From: Bugula neritina
Taxonomy: Eukaryota; Animalia; Bryozoa
Assembly: GCA_964035545.1 (NCBI GenBank)
Contig: OZ037769.1
Location: 7,235,929 to 7,299,928 of the forward strand
DNA: 64,000 bases
Direction: 5' to 3'
The notes beneath the pieces are model-generated. The model made no database searches and was not told the origin of the DNA. It was given only the letters and a program-made list of their open reading frames with translations. The position numbers and the translations under genes were made by a program. Shown here piece by piece: positions 34,395-47,490 of the stretch; position 1 is the first letter of the stretch; the number at the start of each line of letters is the position of its first letter.

Positions 34395-35291
34395 TCAATG
34401 CGTGATATCTGCGATATTCTGCACTGCATCGCTACGTCATTGCTTGTCTGATAATGGAGATTCAAAGGGGGAGCTGTTTTCTACAACCAAACTGAGAAGT
34501 TGTCCACTCAACTTGAGAGTAGCCAATTCTGGCAATAATGTCATTAATTACACGGTTTCCTTTGGACGGTTATGCCGATGTTATTTACTTTCAATTTTAT
34601 CATATCTGCTGTAGACAGAAATCGCTCAGTTAGTTACGCACCATTGCTTGCTAGCAGACTTTCCACTTATTCCTTTTCCAGTTTAAATTTTTGAACTCGA
34701 AAAGCTGTAAAAATTGCAGCTTGTGAAATGTCTCGGGTCATTCTATTTGTCATTACGTGACTACTGTAAGGGTGGAGAAAGCTTTAAAACTTTTAGTGAA
34801 ATTATAAACAATGCCGTCCTTCAAGTCAGATATCTGATGTTACCTCAAATACACCAGACATTCATTTATATATTTCCTCTAAATTCTATACATTGGTGTT
34901 ATATTTATTTAATTTTTTTAATCAATGAAAGATGTTTATATACCTAAGAATAATCATGGTTTTAGCCAAATAAAAAGGGAAAGTAATAATAAAATGGTTG
35001 TAATCTGTTCAAATGTGTAATGTTTATGCCACCACAAGTTTTGTTATAAACGTAAAAGCAAGCCATAGTTTATTTTAATTTTGAATCTTTGATATTTCAA
35101 TAGTGCAGGTTTGACTCTAGCTCAAGAGAAACATTGGTCAGTAAATAGTTTTTCTGTTATAAAATAGGCCTTATTTCACTGCTTCTCTGAGAAGTTCAAC
35201 ATTATTTTGTGGAATGGTTACAGAGAGCATAACTCTAACAGTTGAATAATGTATTTGAAAAGAGGTAACTCCGTGCAGTGCTAGTCGGCTA

Positions 35292-35332
35292 ATTGCCTGG
35301 CAACTGGGCGCCATTTTTTATGATAGTAAACA
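35292..35332 (+). promoter_or_regulatory. X-box-like (RFX) and forkhead (FOXJ1-type) motifs upstream of SPAG8
   Basis: ATTGCCTGGCAAC (35292-35304) and GTAAACA (35326-35332) lie 90-130 nt before the ATG of a motile-cilia gene. Confidence 0.5.
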
Positions 35333-35422
35333 ATGCTTAGTTGAAGTTCTACGTGATGATATCATTTAATCAGCATTAGAATTGGACTGTTTAGCTTTAC
35401 TAACATTAGAATATCATAAACC

Positions 35423-38400
35423 ATGTCACTTTTAAATCAAGGAAGAAATGAAATTCGTGTTAACAACTCGGGGGCTAAATGCTTGCTTGAAAATTGGGTC
35501 GAAGAGGTAAAGTAATATCGTAGTCCTAGTAGCACTAGTAGTTTAGTGTAAGTATATAGATATAAAATTATAAACAGGAATCAAGTTGATAATCTTAATA
35601 TTTACTTTGCGTATACCTAAGAATTTTTTTAATTTTTTAAATAATGATGTTTTTTATAATTATAATTAAATTTAAAAACAGAAACTTGAAACATGTGATG
35701 ACAAAATTGATTATGAAAGTTGTAGTTCGAGTTGAAGCATTTTCAGTTTCCAACTTTGAATGCTAGGCTCCTTTTTTTAAATATGAAGAAACAGGTTTAG
35801 TTTAATGATAATTCTGAGATTACAATGGAATTCAAACAGCAAAAAGATATGCAAATATATTAAATATGACTTGATGAGTGTGAGTACAACTGCAAGCAAC
35901 AAAAGTAGATTGCGTAATACTCATACTGTGTCTCTCAAATGTTAAAACTAAAAAAATTAAAAGTATATAACAGAAGGAATATAATGATAATGATACAATA
36001 ACTCTTCTTAGCATGTATGAAAATCATATTCGAACATGGTTTGCTGCTTTGAATGACTCATAAGCATTGAAGTTAGGAAGTTAATAACTTAATACTTTAA
36101 TAGAACCTTTTGCTTACATAAGTAGGCTACTGAGAGTTTTTAGAAAAAGAACTTGTATTATCTGATTAGTTTCAGTTCTAGTAAAGTATTTTGTTGCTGC
36201 AATTTTCACTTTTATTAAAACAAACTTTAACTATTCTTTGTATAATTTGCAAAAGTTTTGTATTTGAAAAAATATTTACCCAATGTATCTACCTAGCAGT
36301 TAGTCTAGTTATTTTTTTGTCTGTAAGTAAAATGTTAACTTTTATATTTCATTGCCTTCCTAAGTTAGTTATGCTTATGGGATGTGTAAAAAGTTAAAAA
36401 AATAAAAGGGCATAAAGATTGAGATCTAGTGTGTTTGTAGAGAGCTGTGTCTCACATAGACCCTACAGAAGTCAAAGAACCACACAAAGGTGCTGCTCAA
36501 ATTTTTAAAGATGGACACCAGGGCTTACTGAACACAAATTTTAATGCACCAGCTGAAAATCTAACGATAGTTAGAGAGACGTACACTGAACCAAGATATC
36601 CTGGGGTGGCCGTCAAAGGTACCAAACAAAGAATGATGGAACAAGCATTTGCTGAAATAGCTAGGTTAGTAAGCACTCTAGTTTTTTGACATGTTTAATA
36701 TTAGTGCTCTAGAGTCTATCTGTAGTCTATTTATAGTCTATTTACAGTACTATTGCTATATTATTTAGTTGATCAAAAGATAATTTACAAATTTAGTAAA
36801 ATTTCAAATAAACATATATATGTTATAATAGATTATTTTATTAATGACAACTTTGCGCATAACTTTGCTATTTTATGTTTTGCTTTTTTGAAAATTTATG
36901 GAAAATGTTATATACTTATGTTGTAAAAGCATTGTATTTAACACTATAGTGTTCTCCATAGTTGAACAAATTTCTCGGAGAATAGTAATAGCTCAGCAAT
37001 GTGGTGACATTGTATTGATTGTGTTATACAATTTATATTTGCAAATAGAAAAGAATACAAGAGGTAAACTAAATATAGTCTTCTTTGCTATAATAACATA
37101 AATTTTGCAGATTTGTTCACAAATAATATGAGCATTGAATTAATGCTGTTATTTTTTAAGCCTATTATATATGCAAATCTGATTATTTATGTTATAAAAC
37201 AACACCAATTCCTGTTCAGTTTCTTGCACACAAGTTTTGTTCTGAGTTAGATGTTATTTTATGCACTTTTATTTTTGGTGAGACTACCTCATGCTGATCT
37301 TGTTATGTGCCAGTATATCAGAATATTATATTTTATCATTATATCAAATAATTTAAAGAAAAACTTTCTGTATAGTGAGCAAGCCAAAAGGTCTTTTCAC
37401 CCAGAACCTGAGCCTTTAGACTACAGCACAGAATTTAGAGATAACTATACTAAAGAATTTCAAACAAGCAGGCCTCTACCAACCAGAGTAAGAACGCTAC
37501 TTATCTATTTATTATATATACATGAACATTGTGTAGAAAATATAGCTATGAGTGTAGAATTGTTCAGAAAATAAAAACATAGTAAAATAACTTTTAAATA
37601 AATAACATAAGCCTGGCTTCTACTGTGAAATTAAAAGTGGAAACGCAACTTAAGGATTAGCTACAAGTAACACGTAGTTAAGCTAGTAAAATAGCAAAAT
37701 GCGAACTAAAACGATCAAAACTAAGTTCATTAAATTCCACCTGTATATTAGCATACACGTATGCTATAGAAATTTAATATACTTGTAGCTGGTAATTAAA
37801 AGATGTTATCTTTTACTGCATCAACTCACATGGAAATATATTGTCTTTATTGTTCATTTTATTATCTTTTTCATTGCTATACTTTCATGCTTGTACACCT
37901 ATGATAAGCTCTGAGTTTGAATAAATGAGAAGCCTTCTGTTAGAATGCCAGGTCAGACCAGGAACAACACACATATGATGTTTAATATTGAAAACTGTGA
38001 TGCCTGTACTATTATAATATAGAATTTTCTTAAACTGAAAACACACAGGCTAAGCGGGTTCCACGTGTACAAGTCTCATCTCTGTGTTGTTTATATGGAT
38101 TTCATTTCTTATTGCAGCCACACAATGTAGTCTCAGAGCAACCGGTTACTTTTTGGACTGAGCACAGAGATAAAGTGACGGTAGGTTACACCCCCCCCCC
38201 ACTATATATACAGCCATGACCCCTTACTATAAATATTAGTGCTGTAAAATCATCATGCAGGCACTGTAGACAATTTTGTGATGTAAAACTTATATCCACA
38301 ATCATATATTATGATACACCAATTACATTATAATAATAAAAGTTAGGGTAATGCTTAATACCTAGAAGTTTTTTCTAAAGCTACCCATAATTTAATTAAA

Positions 38401-38715
38401 TTTAGTGATATATAAGTAGCAATATATTTGTAGAGCCAGTTTAAGTAGTTCATAATAGAGTGATCATATACCTAAACCTTGATGTGCATAAGTTGTTACA
38501 GGAAAAGCGGTTGCATGAGTATTTAGAGTATTTTTTACCATATTATTACTTGAAGCTATAAACTTCTTTAAAGTATATTACTTTGTTAACAGGGGGTATC
38601 CCAAGTGAAAACCCGAGACACAGTATTTCGTAAAAACGCTGCATTCAGTACACCAATTGGTGAATCATGGAACTCCACTCAACCCTATGACCTTGAAAAT
38701 GTGCCAAAGATGTAA
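35423..38715 (+). CDS. SPAG8: Sperm-associated antigen 8 (ciliary microtubule inner protein), 201 aa
   Basis: Exons 35423-35506, 36441-36664, 37376-37487, 38118-38180 and 38593-38715. Motifs KCLLENWVEERA, GHQGLL, PHNVVSEQPVTFW, GVSQVKTRDTVFRKNAAFSTP and PYDLEN match the conserved SPAG8 region. Confidence 0.9.
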
Positions 38716-40894
38716 CTAATAGCCACTAGCTAAATTTTCTTATTCAAACATGGCACAGCTGCTAACTATAAGTTTTGTTGATGTAAAATTTTATATTTTC
38801 TGTAAAAGTCAAAACTAATTTCAATGTCAATTAATGTATGCATGCTTATTTATAAAATGTTTCAATAAATTATTTCTAAATATTTATCAAAAAGCAAGCA
38901 AACGTATTTATTCTAGCCTATAATGCTTCTGGGTTGTTATGCAGTTATCATATAATGCAATTATATCAAGTACTGTATATTTTTTTGTATTTCTTCCTTG
39001 CCTCAGATTGAAAGATTTAGGTAAAGGCTTTAATAGGGTCTGTAAAAGAAATTCGCAGTGAAATTTGTAAAATTTGGGCTTTTAATGTACCCCTTATCAC
39101 AAAAGCGTAGCTAACCAGAGTTTGGGGCTCATAAGGAGGCTGTGCCATCCTATCCAGCAAGTTCTGCTACATACTGTGTAGTCAATATACTAATTATTTC
39201 ATGTCTCGTACCACATGTGGGTAGAGTACATGAGATTTTACAGTGAACAAGTTGAATTTCTAGTGACAATTATACCAAGTTTATTATTTTAACAATTGAG
39301 TAGAAAATACTCCTAATGGGCTAAAGAACGAATTCAAATGTTCAACTAATGTTATACCAAGTTATAATTAGCTTTTCAAGAGGAATAGCAGAATGGGAAG
39401 AGTTTTATAGTTTGAAAAGTCAAAAATAGATTTTCTTCAGAGGTGAACTGAAAGAAGTGCTCAAATGAAATTGCTCTCTGTTATTATTGAAAAACTAGAA
39501 TAGTGCATAAAAAAGCAAAAAAAAGTAAATTGGCCCTTATCTTGGGCTGGTCAATTTATTAATCCAATATCGGTCAACTTATTATATAAGTGTGCTTTGA
39601 TTTAGCCTGAATGGCTGAGGTTCAGTAACATCAGTTAAGTTGCGTTTATACCTTCACGATTTTCATTCAGAAATTCAATTTAGTGTCATTGTTGAGAACT
39701 GCTTAAATTCAGTCTTAATTAGTACGCAGGTGATAGAGTGAAATAGGTTATTATTTTTTATAAAATTGCATTAATTGCATCATCACTGCAATCATCTGGT
39801 AATGTTTTTCAGCTAATCTACTTTAGCTAATTGTATTGAAAGCCCCAAATAATCAATAATGATTATATTTTCTAGAAGTTGGCAACAAAAACGCATCACA
39901 AATTGGATTGTTTTCTCATTAATGCATTGTTTTAGGATGCTGCACACATCCTATTTTAAACTGATGACTTAATAATAATAATTCTTGTCAGAGTCGGCTA
40001 TCACTAATCCAAGGGCTGAGTTATCCTCTCTTGCTATAATTTCATTTCTCTTTTTATAGCTTAACGACTATAGACTATTCAATGGATTAAATTCTGCAAC
40101 AAGATGATGGTGTAAAATCACAGAAATTACAATTACCATTTACTATCAATATAGCAAAGGATCTTAGGAATTGTCTTGCTTTATTATTTCTAGGGGTATC
40201 ATGTATAAAGCCTATGCATTGGCACCTCAACACACTGCTATACATTCAGAAGTGATCAGACCTGGTACTTGTGCTGATATATGTAGTAATATTAGTAGTA
40301 GAAGTAGCATTTCGTAGAAGTATTACGAGAATAAATTGTGAGGCAGCTAAACCTACACATGCAATTTTGCAATATCCACTAATTTAGAAAGTTTTACGGT
40401 TGTTTGTGGTAGGAAATGCACTTCAGCAATAATTAACGTAAATAGATTCTCCCCCATAAGTAGTGATGTCACTGTTTAGAATGCATCTATTAGATTAATT
40501 AGAGTGACAGACTAATACAGTGACAGTAGGAGCAAAAATAAACTCATCTGATTATCATATTAGTAGTTATTGCCACTTGTGTAGGTTAAGTATCACTTAC
40601 TACATCAAACACTTTCCAAGTTACAAATGTTACTACAACAAACTACTGAGCTACGAATTTATGGTTGGAGGTACAATTATATCCTGGAGATGAATCAGGT
40701 AAATAGATTAAAGTCAACAAATCAACAAAAATGCAAATTAGTCCAATTGTATCATGAACACTTTGCTTCCAACTTTTTATATTTATCTAACTTTTTGTAT
40801 TTAGTTAACATACTACTGGGTGCATATTGCAACATAATATATACTTCGTGATTAAGAGCTTCTTCAGTATTCATATTTGTATTTGCATGCATGT

Positions 40895-41645
<751 letters not shown>

Positions 41646-42146
41646 ACTTCTAAAGACACAGTAAACAATTGTTTAAAATTTAAAGTATAATGTATTTATT
41701 TACGCTTCAAATTTTTTTCCTTTTAGTACCAAAAGTGACCATTTTCAAACTGTGACTTCAATTAATAGAAATTATTAAACTTACTGTACATAAGATACTG
41801 ACAGTGTAAGTTGTCTTGCAAATATTGCTGTTTATTTTTTGGTACAATATGTAACTATATTTTAGCATAAATTTAATTCATATATAATCAATGATTGAGC
41901 ACAAATTTGTTGTAATACATTCAAAGTTACAATTGATCAGTAGACTACAGCTGAATTACTTACAATTTGAATCATTATAGTGTGTTTAACTTAAGAAACA
42001 CTGCATATATATGAGATATCCAAACACTAGTAAATTGGCTTATTTAACGCAATTAATAAAATCCACTTTATTATATATTCAGTGGAGTGAGCTGGAGTTT
42101 TGAGCCATTTCCTGTGTTCTTGTATCTGGTGATATCTTCATATAAT

Positions 42147-45100
42147 CTATGGTGTCTTTTCTGGTTCTCCATACAGATTGGTTAGTATTACACAAGTCAG
42201 AGATGGTCTGCAGGTGTCTAAAATATATAATACATTTGTGTGCCATTAGATTGACAAATAAATACAATACAGCTCAATACATGGCATATAATCAACAATC
42301 TACATGACAAGTAATGGTGGTAAAATTACAAACTTTAAAGCTTTAGTACTCTCACCTCCCACACCACCAAATAAACTCTAAATATAAATTTGCTGTTTCA
42401 TCAGCTTAGCCTAAATTTCTGGTCCAATAAACTAGTCACCTGGTTATCTATACACCATTTAGCAATGTCTGCTTACAGCAAGCGAAATGTTTTCACTTTG
42501 AAGAATGCAAATTTAAATGGAGTTGGCTATCTAATTGGAGTGGTGAGTTGCCACTTGCCGGAAGGTCTTCAGTACTCAGTTTATGAATTTACAGGAAACA
42601 GACAGAAAGCTGTTATAAAAATAGAAGAGAAAAGTAAGAATTGTGCTGTCTAGTCACTATAGTCAGAGTAACTGCCTATTAGGTTAAGTAAAAGCTTCTG
42701 TTGCAAAGGAGAAAATGGTGGAAATGCTGTTAAGCTATTCATGCAATTGAAGATACCAATGGCATACACACAAGTCTGCCTTAAATTTAGAATCTAAAGT
42801 TAAATTTGTCAACAGCACCAGGTGCATCTTGCTAAAAGCAACCTTGAAGGAATTTTTCTTCATTCATAGATTTCCAATAAACAAGATTGTTTGATTGGAG
42901 TCGTGTTCTAAGAGTTTTAAAAGGTGGCATATTATTGATGAATAGATTTAATTACTGCTTTTAGAGGAGTATTTGTGAGAAATAAAAAACGAGTTTATTT
43001 AACAACTACTGTTGTATATAAATATACATGATGTGGAAAAATTAACCAATAAACTGCTTTACAATTTCTTTGTAGAGTTCATGCGTTAATTTTTAATGTC
43101 TTAATTTAATGTAAAGTAAATTTAGAAATTCTGTTGCATAACAGAAGTTTTCCTGAGGCTTATATAAGGTTTTAATTGATTATTTAAAACTTTCCTTGTG
43201 TTTACCAGATTTCTTAGTTCTATCATTTAAATTTCAACTTTAAAATAGTTTTATAGATTTGCTACAATAATTTTTTATTAAATAACCTTATTTTTTTAGC
43301 TATTATATTTAAATATTTATGTAATGTGATTATCATACTATATAGTTTTACACCTTTTGCTGTTAATAATCTTTTATGCCTGCTATTGAAGTCAACATTA
43401 CATTATTTCTATCCACATAACTTCAATGTTATATAATTACTTTGATAAAACTAAGTCAAATGTAAGTAAAATAATTATTTTGATAAAACTAAGTCAAATG
43501 AGTTGACCAAGTCACAAGCTTGTGTACCCAGATACTCAAATCATGCTAAAAGACTTTTTCTGGGACTTTCAATAAATTAGAATTTCACGTAAACTATAAA
43601 GTACTTACAGTCAAGAAAATATTTTAAATAATGAACTAATTTCAGTTCAGATAATTTGAATAATTATTTTAAAAGTATTTCTTGCAATTTTACCAAGTTT
43701 TCTGACAGATCAATTGTAATATAGCGTGAAAGGAATAGGTATTTTTATATGGCTTCTATACTTCGAAGCAATACCATTATTTTATTAAAAAACATATCGC
43801 ACAGCATAAGTTACATAACTGGTAAAAAAGTGGTTATAATAGTAATAAAATAGTAATTAAACTAATTATATCAAGAAGCAGTCACGGTCTAGGCGTTAGA
43901 GGGTTTGCCTCGTAAACACGAGGTCATGAGTTCGAGCCCGGACCAAGGCCATTGGTGATGTTAGGAAGAGCATCCAGTCATACTTGCTCCTGTACCTCAT
44001 TTAAAATAAGTCCTTAGCCCGATTTAACCAAAAACCCTTTCCATCAGGGGTTTCTCACAGTGATAGCGACTATAAACTTGCATGAGTGAGTTTTATAACA
44101 AGAAAGTCAACTGGTTTTGTAAAAGTAATTAGCTTAGAGATATAAAACTGCCGCACCATATGCAGATCTAAGTCTATCAAACTTTCACTATAAAACAATA
44201 GAAGATAAAATGGAACACATCTCACCTGAGTTGCAGCAGAAGCCATTGGCAGAGCAAGAACCTCCAGGGACGGTGAAGCAGGGGGAGAACCCCTTCTTGC
44301 ATAGTCTAGACTGAGTGGGGGAGGAGATTTGACACTCATCTGTCTTCCTCACATTATAACAGCCAAAGTAACCACAGCAGTAGCTGTTACCATAGCATTG
44401 GCCAGCAAGTCCTGGACCACAGGCCCTACACTACAGCAGGTATAGTATAGCACAGTTACACACCCTCATGTATAGTACATAGCAGCAGGTATAGTATAGC
44501 ACAGTTACACACCCTAATCATTAAGGTGTGTAACTGTGCTATACTATACATTCTGCTGCTATGTGTTATTATACATTAGGGCCTAATGTATAATACAGAG
44601 CAGTATAGGTATAGTATAGCACAGTTAGATAGTATAATTTCAAATGTAAATCACGATATAACTATTATTTTGCTCATATATACTATCACACCCTATAATA
44701 TAACATTATTTCAACAGAATTGTTGAAATCATGCTTATTGAAAATTAGAATTATAGCCCTAAGTGAAGAATTATTACACACCAAGCACCAAATAAAAATT
44801 TCAACTTATTTTCCATCTTATAATTTCTAATTCTGATTCTAAATGACTTTTCAGGTTGAATGGGATTTTTCATCAATTTATAAAATTTTATGAGGACAGG
44901 GCCATATACTTATGTTTCTGTGTTACACAGAAATTCTTAGGAAGTTCATGATTGTTCACATGCAATGTTTCTTCTCATTAGATTCAATTGTTTAGTTTAA
45001 TAGAGCCAGCAATAAGAACAACTGTAAGAGCATAGGACTTTGTTTAGCAAGTTTCAAATATTCAGTTTTGGGTCTTGAATCACAGCACGACAATCACAGC

Positions 45101-45658
45101 TACAGTTACAGCTACATTTCCAGCTACATTTACAGGTACATTTATAATTACAATTACAGTTACAGTTACAGCTACAGCTACAGTTACAGCTACAGCTACA
45201 GCTACAGCTACAGCTACAGCTACAGCCCTCCTTTATAATATTGCAATATAATAAGCACACAAAGCTTATCACTTCCAAGACTTATTAAAAGATTCTTTAA
45301 AGTTTAACTTTGAAAGACTGCAATATAAAATAAATATCTTCTATTTACAAGTTAAACAGCACTTAGTATTATTAGTATTGATTGACTTTGCACAACAAAT
45401 AGAGTTCTATTCCTTGAAGACATTTGACTTGTATTGAAACTTAATCATTTTTTCATTTTAAACCGGTGTAGTTCTGCAATATATTAACAAATTTACATAA
45501 AATCAACACGAGAAATCTTTACTCACCAGAGCTGGTTTACTCTCAACAGTCCTCTTTCCAAGGATGCCCAAATCACATGTCCTGATGTAACATGAGCTCC
45601 CTATCTCTACCAGCACCAGCAAACCGAAAAGCTTCACAAAACTGTTTTTTCCAAACAT
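42147..45658 (-). CDS. Oxytocin/vasopressin-family (vasotocin/conopressin-like) neurophysin precursor, copy A, 135 aa
   Basis: Exons 45658-45527, 44430-44226 and 42217-42147 (GT-AG, phases 0 and 1) give MFGKNSFVKLFGLLVLVEIGSS-CYIRTCDLGIL-GKR-TVESKPAL/CRACGPGLAGQCYGNSYCCGYFGCYNVRKTDECQISSPTQSRLCKKGFSPCFTVPGGSCSANGFCCNS/DTCRPSLTCVILTNLYGEPEKTP*. The neurophysin has 14 Cys. AATAAA at 42072-42067. Confidence 0.95.
43878..44077 (+). mobile_element. tRNA-derived SINE in copy A intron 2
   Basis: A-box-like CGGTCTAGGCGTTAG and B-box GAGTTCGAGCCC (43928-43939), followed by a non-tRNA body GGCCATTGGTGATGTTAGGAAG that is shared with the element at 47310-47490. Confidence 0.6.
44434..44627. repeat. About 49-bp repeat array at the exon 2 acceptor of copy A, including one inverted unit
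   Basis: CAGCAGGTATAGTATAGCACAGTTACACACCC units. Inverted arms at 44478-44513 and 44525-44563, plus a palindrome at 44569-44593. Confidence 0.85.
45097..45225. repeat. (CAGCTA/CAGTTA)n hexamer repeat
   Basis: Directly visible; explains the Cys-Ser ORF 45054-45278. Confidence 0.95.
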
Positions 45659-45699
45659 TATTTTTGATAACCAGCTTTACTTTAGGTAGTTTAGAACAC

Positions 45700-45812
45700 A
45701 CAGATAATATAAGACAAAGGAGTTGTTGCAACTTATTTTATACTGTGCAGTAACAATACTAGTGCTATTGATTGCTTGCTTTATTGGTTGAAGAGTGTTA
45801 CACAGCGGAAAT
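45700..45812 (-). promoter_or_regulatory. Proximal promoter of copy A (TATA and CCAAT)
   Basis: On the minus strand, GTATAAAA lies about 80 nt and AACCAAT about 125 nt upstream of the ATG. The block is conserved with 52735-52848 upstream of copy B. Confidence 0.55.
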
Positions 45813-47309
45813 TTATTGGCAGTTATCAAAGGAGCCAAAAACTAAGACGGCGTACAAATTCTACGTGGTTCATTATCTTCAAATCAATAAAACACTTTTG
45901 AATACTAAAAGATCTATAAAAATATATATTTAGTTTTAATTTTATGTCTCTTTGCATTTCGCTTGCAATTGTGTAATTAAAAATGAATAAAGGGATTTCA
46001 ACACCAAATCAATATTATTTAGTATTAAGTTTATATTATTCATCTTGAGTGTTGAGCGAGATCCTACCAAATGCTATAAAATAATTTGCAGCATATTTTA
46101 AAGTAATTAAAATGTATTTGAATAAGCATTATACAAAAACTCATCTGTGTGCCAATAATCATTAATAAAAGAAATTTTAGAAATTGACTATTATAAACTC
46201 CTGTGGTAAATTCACATGTATTTTTCCTGTAGGCTTATTCTGTTTTGTGTCACAAAACAATAACTTGTATTTTTTGAGAAAATGAGTTTCTCCCCTCTCC
46301 TTCATGCCCACAAGACTATGCTACCAGGGCACTACTACTACTCTCTCTATAAGGTATAAATATAAATCTTTGAATCTCATTATCAGCATACCAAACAAGT
46401 AAATAACAAAATAAATGCATCATTTGAAACTTGGGAGATTTTATATACAAGTTAGTTAATTTCTATTTGTCTATGCTTATCAGTTAATAACGTAATAATT
46501 CTGTATACATGCACACTCCTACTTTTACATATTTCTAATAAACAGAATGAGTTTTTTGTTTGGAAAATAGTTGAAACGCTATAATGAATTAATGACTCTT
46601 TCAAACATTTAGTCAAGCTGCAATAATAATTTCAATACAAACCTAATTTGGTATAGTATACTCTTTTGAATATTAGGCCAAGTTTAAACCAATCAAAAAT
46701 TTTATTTTAAATTCATTTGCTCATATACATTAAAAAACAATAGTAGCTAAATTGTTTCCAAATCTCAATATGCTCTTAACTATACATATATCAACACATC
46801 CCTATACTTTTAAAGGTCAAAATTAAATGGGAAAATTTGCTAACAACTAATGAAAATGCCATCTGCTTCAACAATGGCTATTCTTTATTGCTTAAACGTT
46901 GGAAATAGATTGGTAGAATAAAAACCTACAAGCTACAACTTTTAAAAAAATTTAAATTTCTAGGTTGAGCAGAAAAAATTATATGTAAATGTAGTTGAAA
47001 TGACAGTTTTTTAGCAAGTACCATGAGGCAAGATGACCATATTTTGAAACCTGTTAGTTGCAATTACATAAGTTTGGTAGAGGAATTCGAAGGACATCCA
47101 AGAATGATATGTTAAAGATTTCTTAAGCATAGGACAACAAATTGGAGAAGGATTAAAAATTTTGCAACAATCACAAAATCACTCAAATAAGCAGTTCAAT
47201 GACAAAATAATCTATGATATTGTTTCAAAATCTATGACTTGCATTTTAAAGAGTATAAACTCACAGATCTGTTTAAATTTTATCTTTCTTTGTGAAAACT
47301 TTTAACAGT

Positions 47310-47490
47310 AAGTGCCCGTGAGTATGCTAAACTATGCCTCGGGCCATGTTAGCAACATGACTTTAAGAGTAGTTGTGGTGCATGGAAGCAATTTCCTGAC
47401 ATCGCCTTAATGGCCCTACCGAGATTCAAACTCGTGTCCTTGATTGTACACACCAGCTCGGCCAACAGTCTATTTACTAGGCCACGCCTG
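47310..47490 (-). mobile_element. Degenerate tRNA-derived SINE
   Basis: Minus strand A-box-like TGGCCTAGT and B-box GAGTTTGAATC (47433-47423), then GGCCATTAAGGCGATGTCAGGAA, similar to the SINE at 43878. Confidence 0.5.

Noticed and set aside
44070-44339. 89-aa ORF, and the 62-aa ORF at 42079-42267
   Set aside because: Off-frame readings of neurophysin exons 2 and 3.
45054-45278. Cys-rich metallothionein-like ORF
   Set aside because: Translation of a (CAGCTA)n repeat inside intron 1 of copy A.
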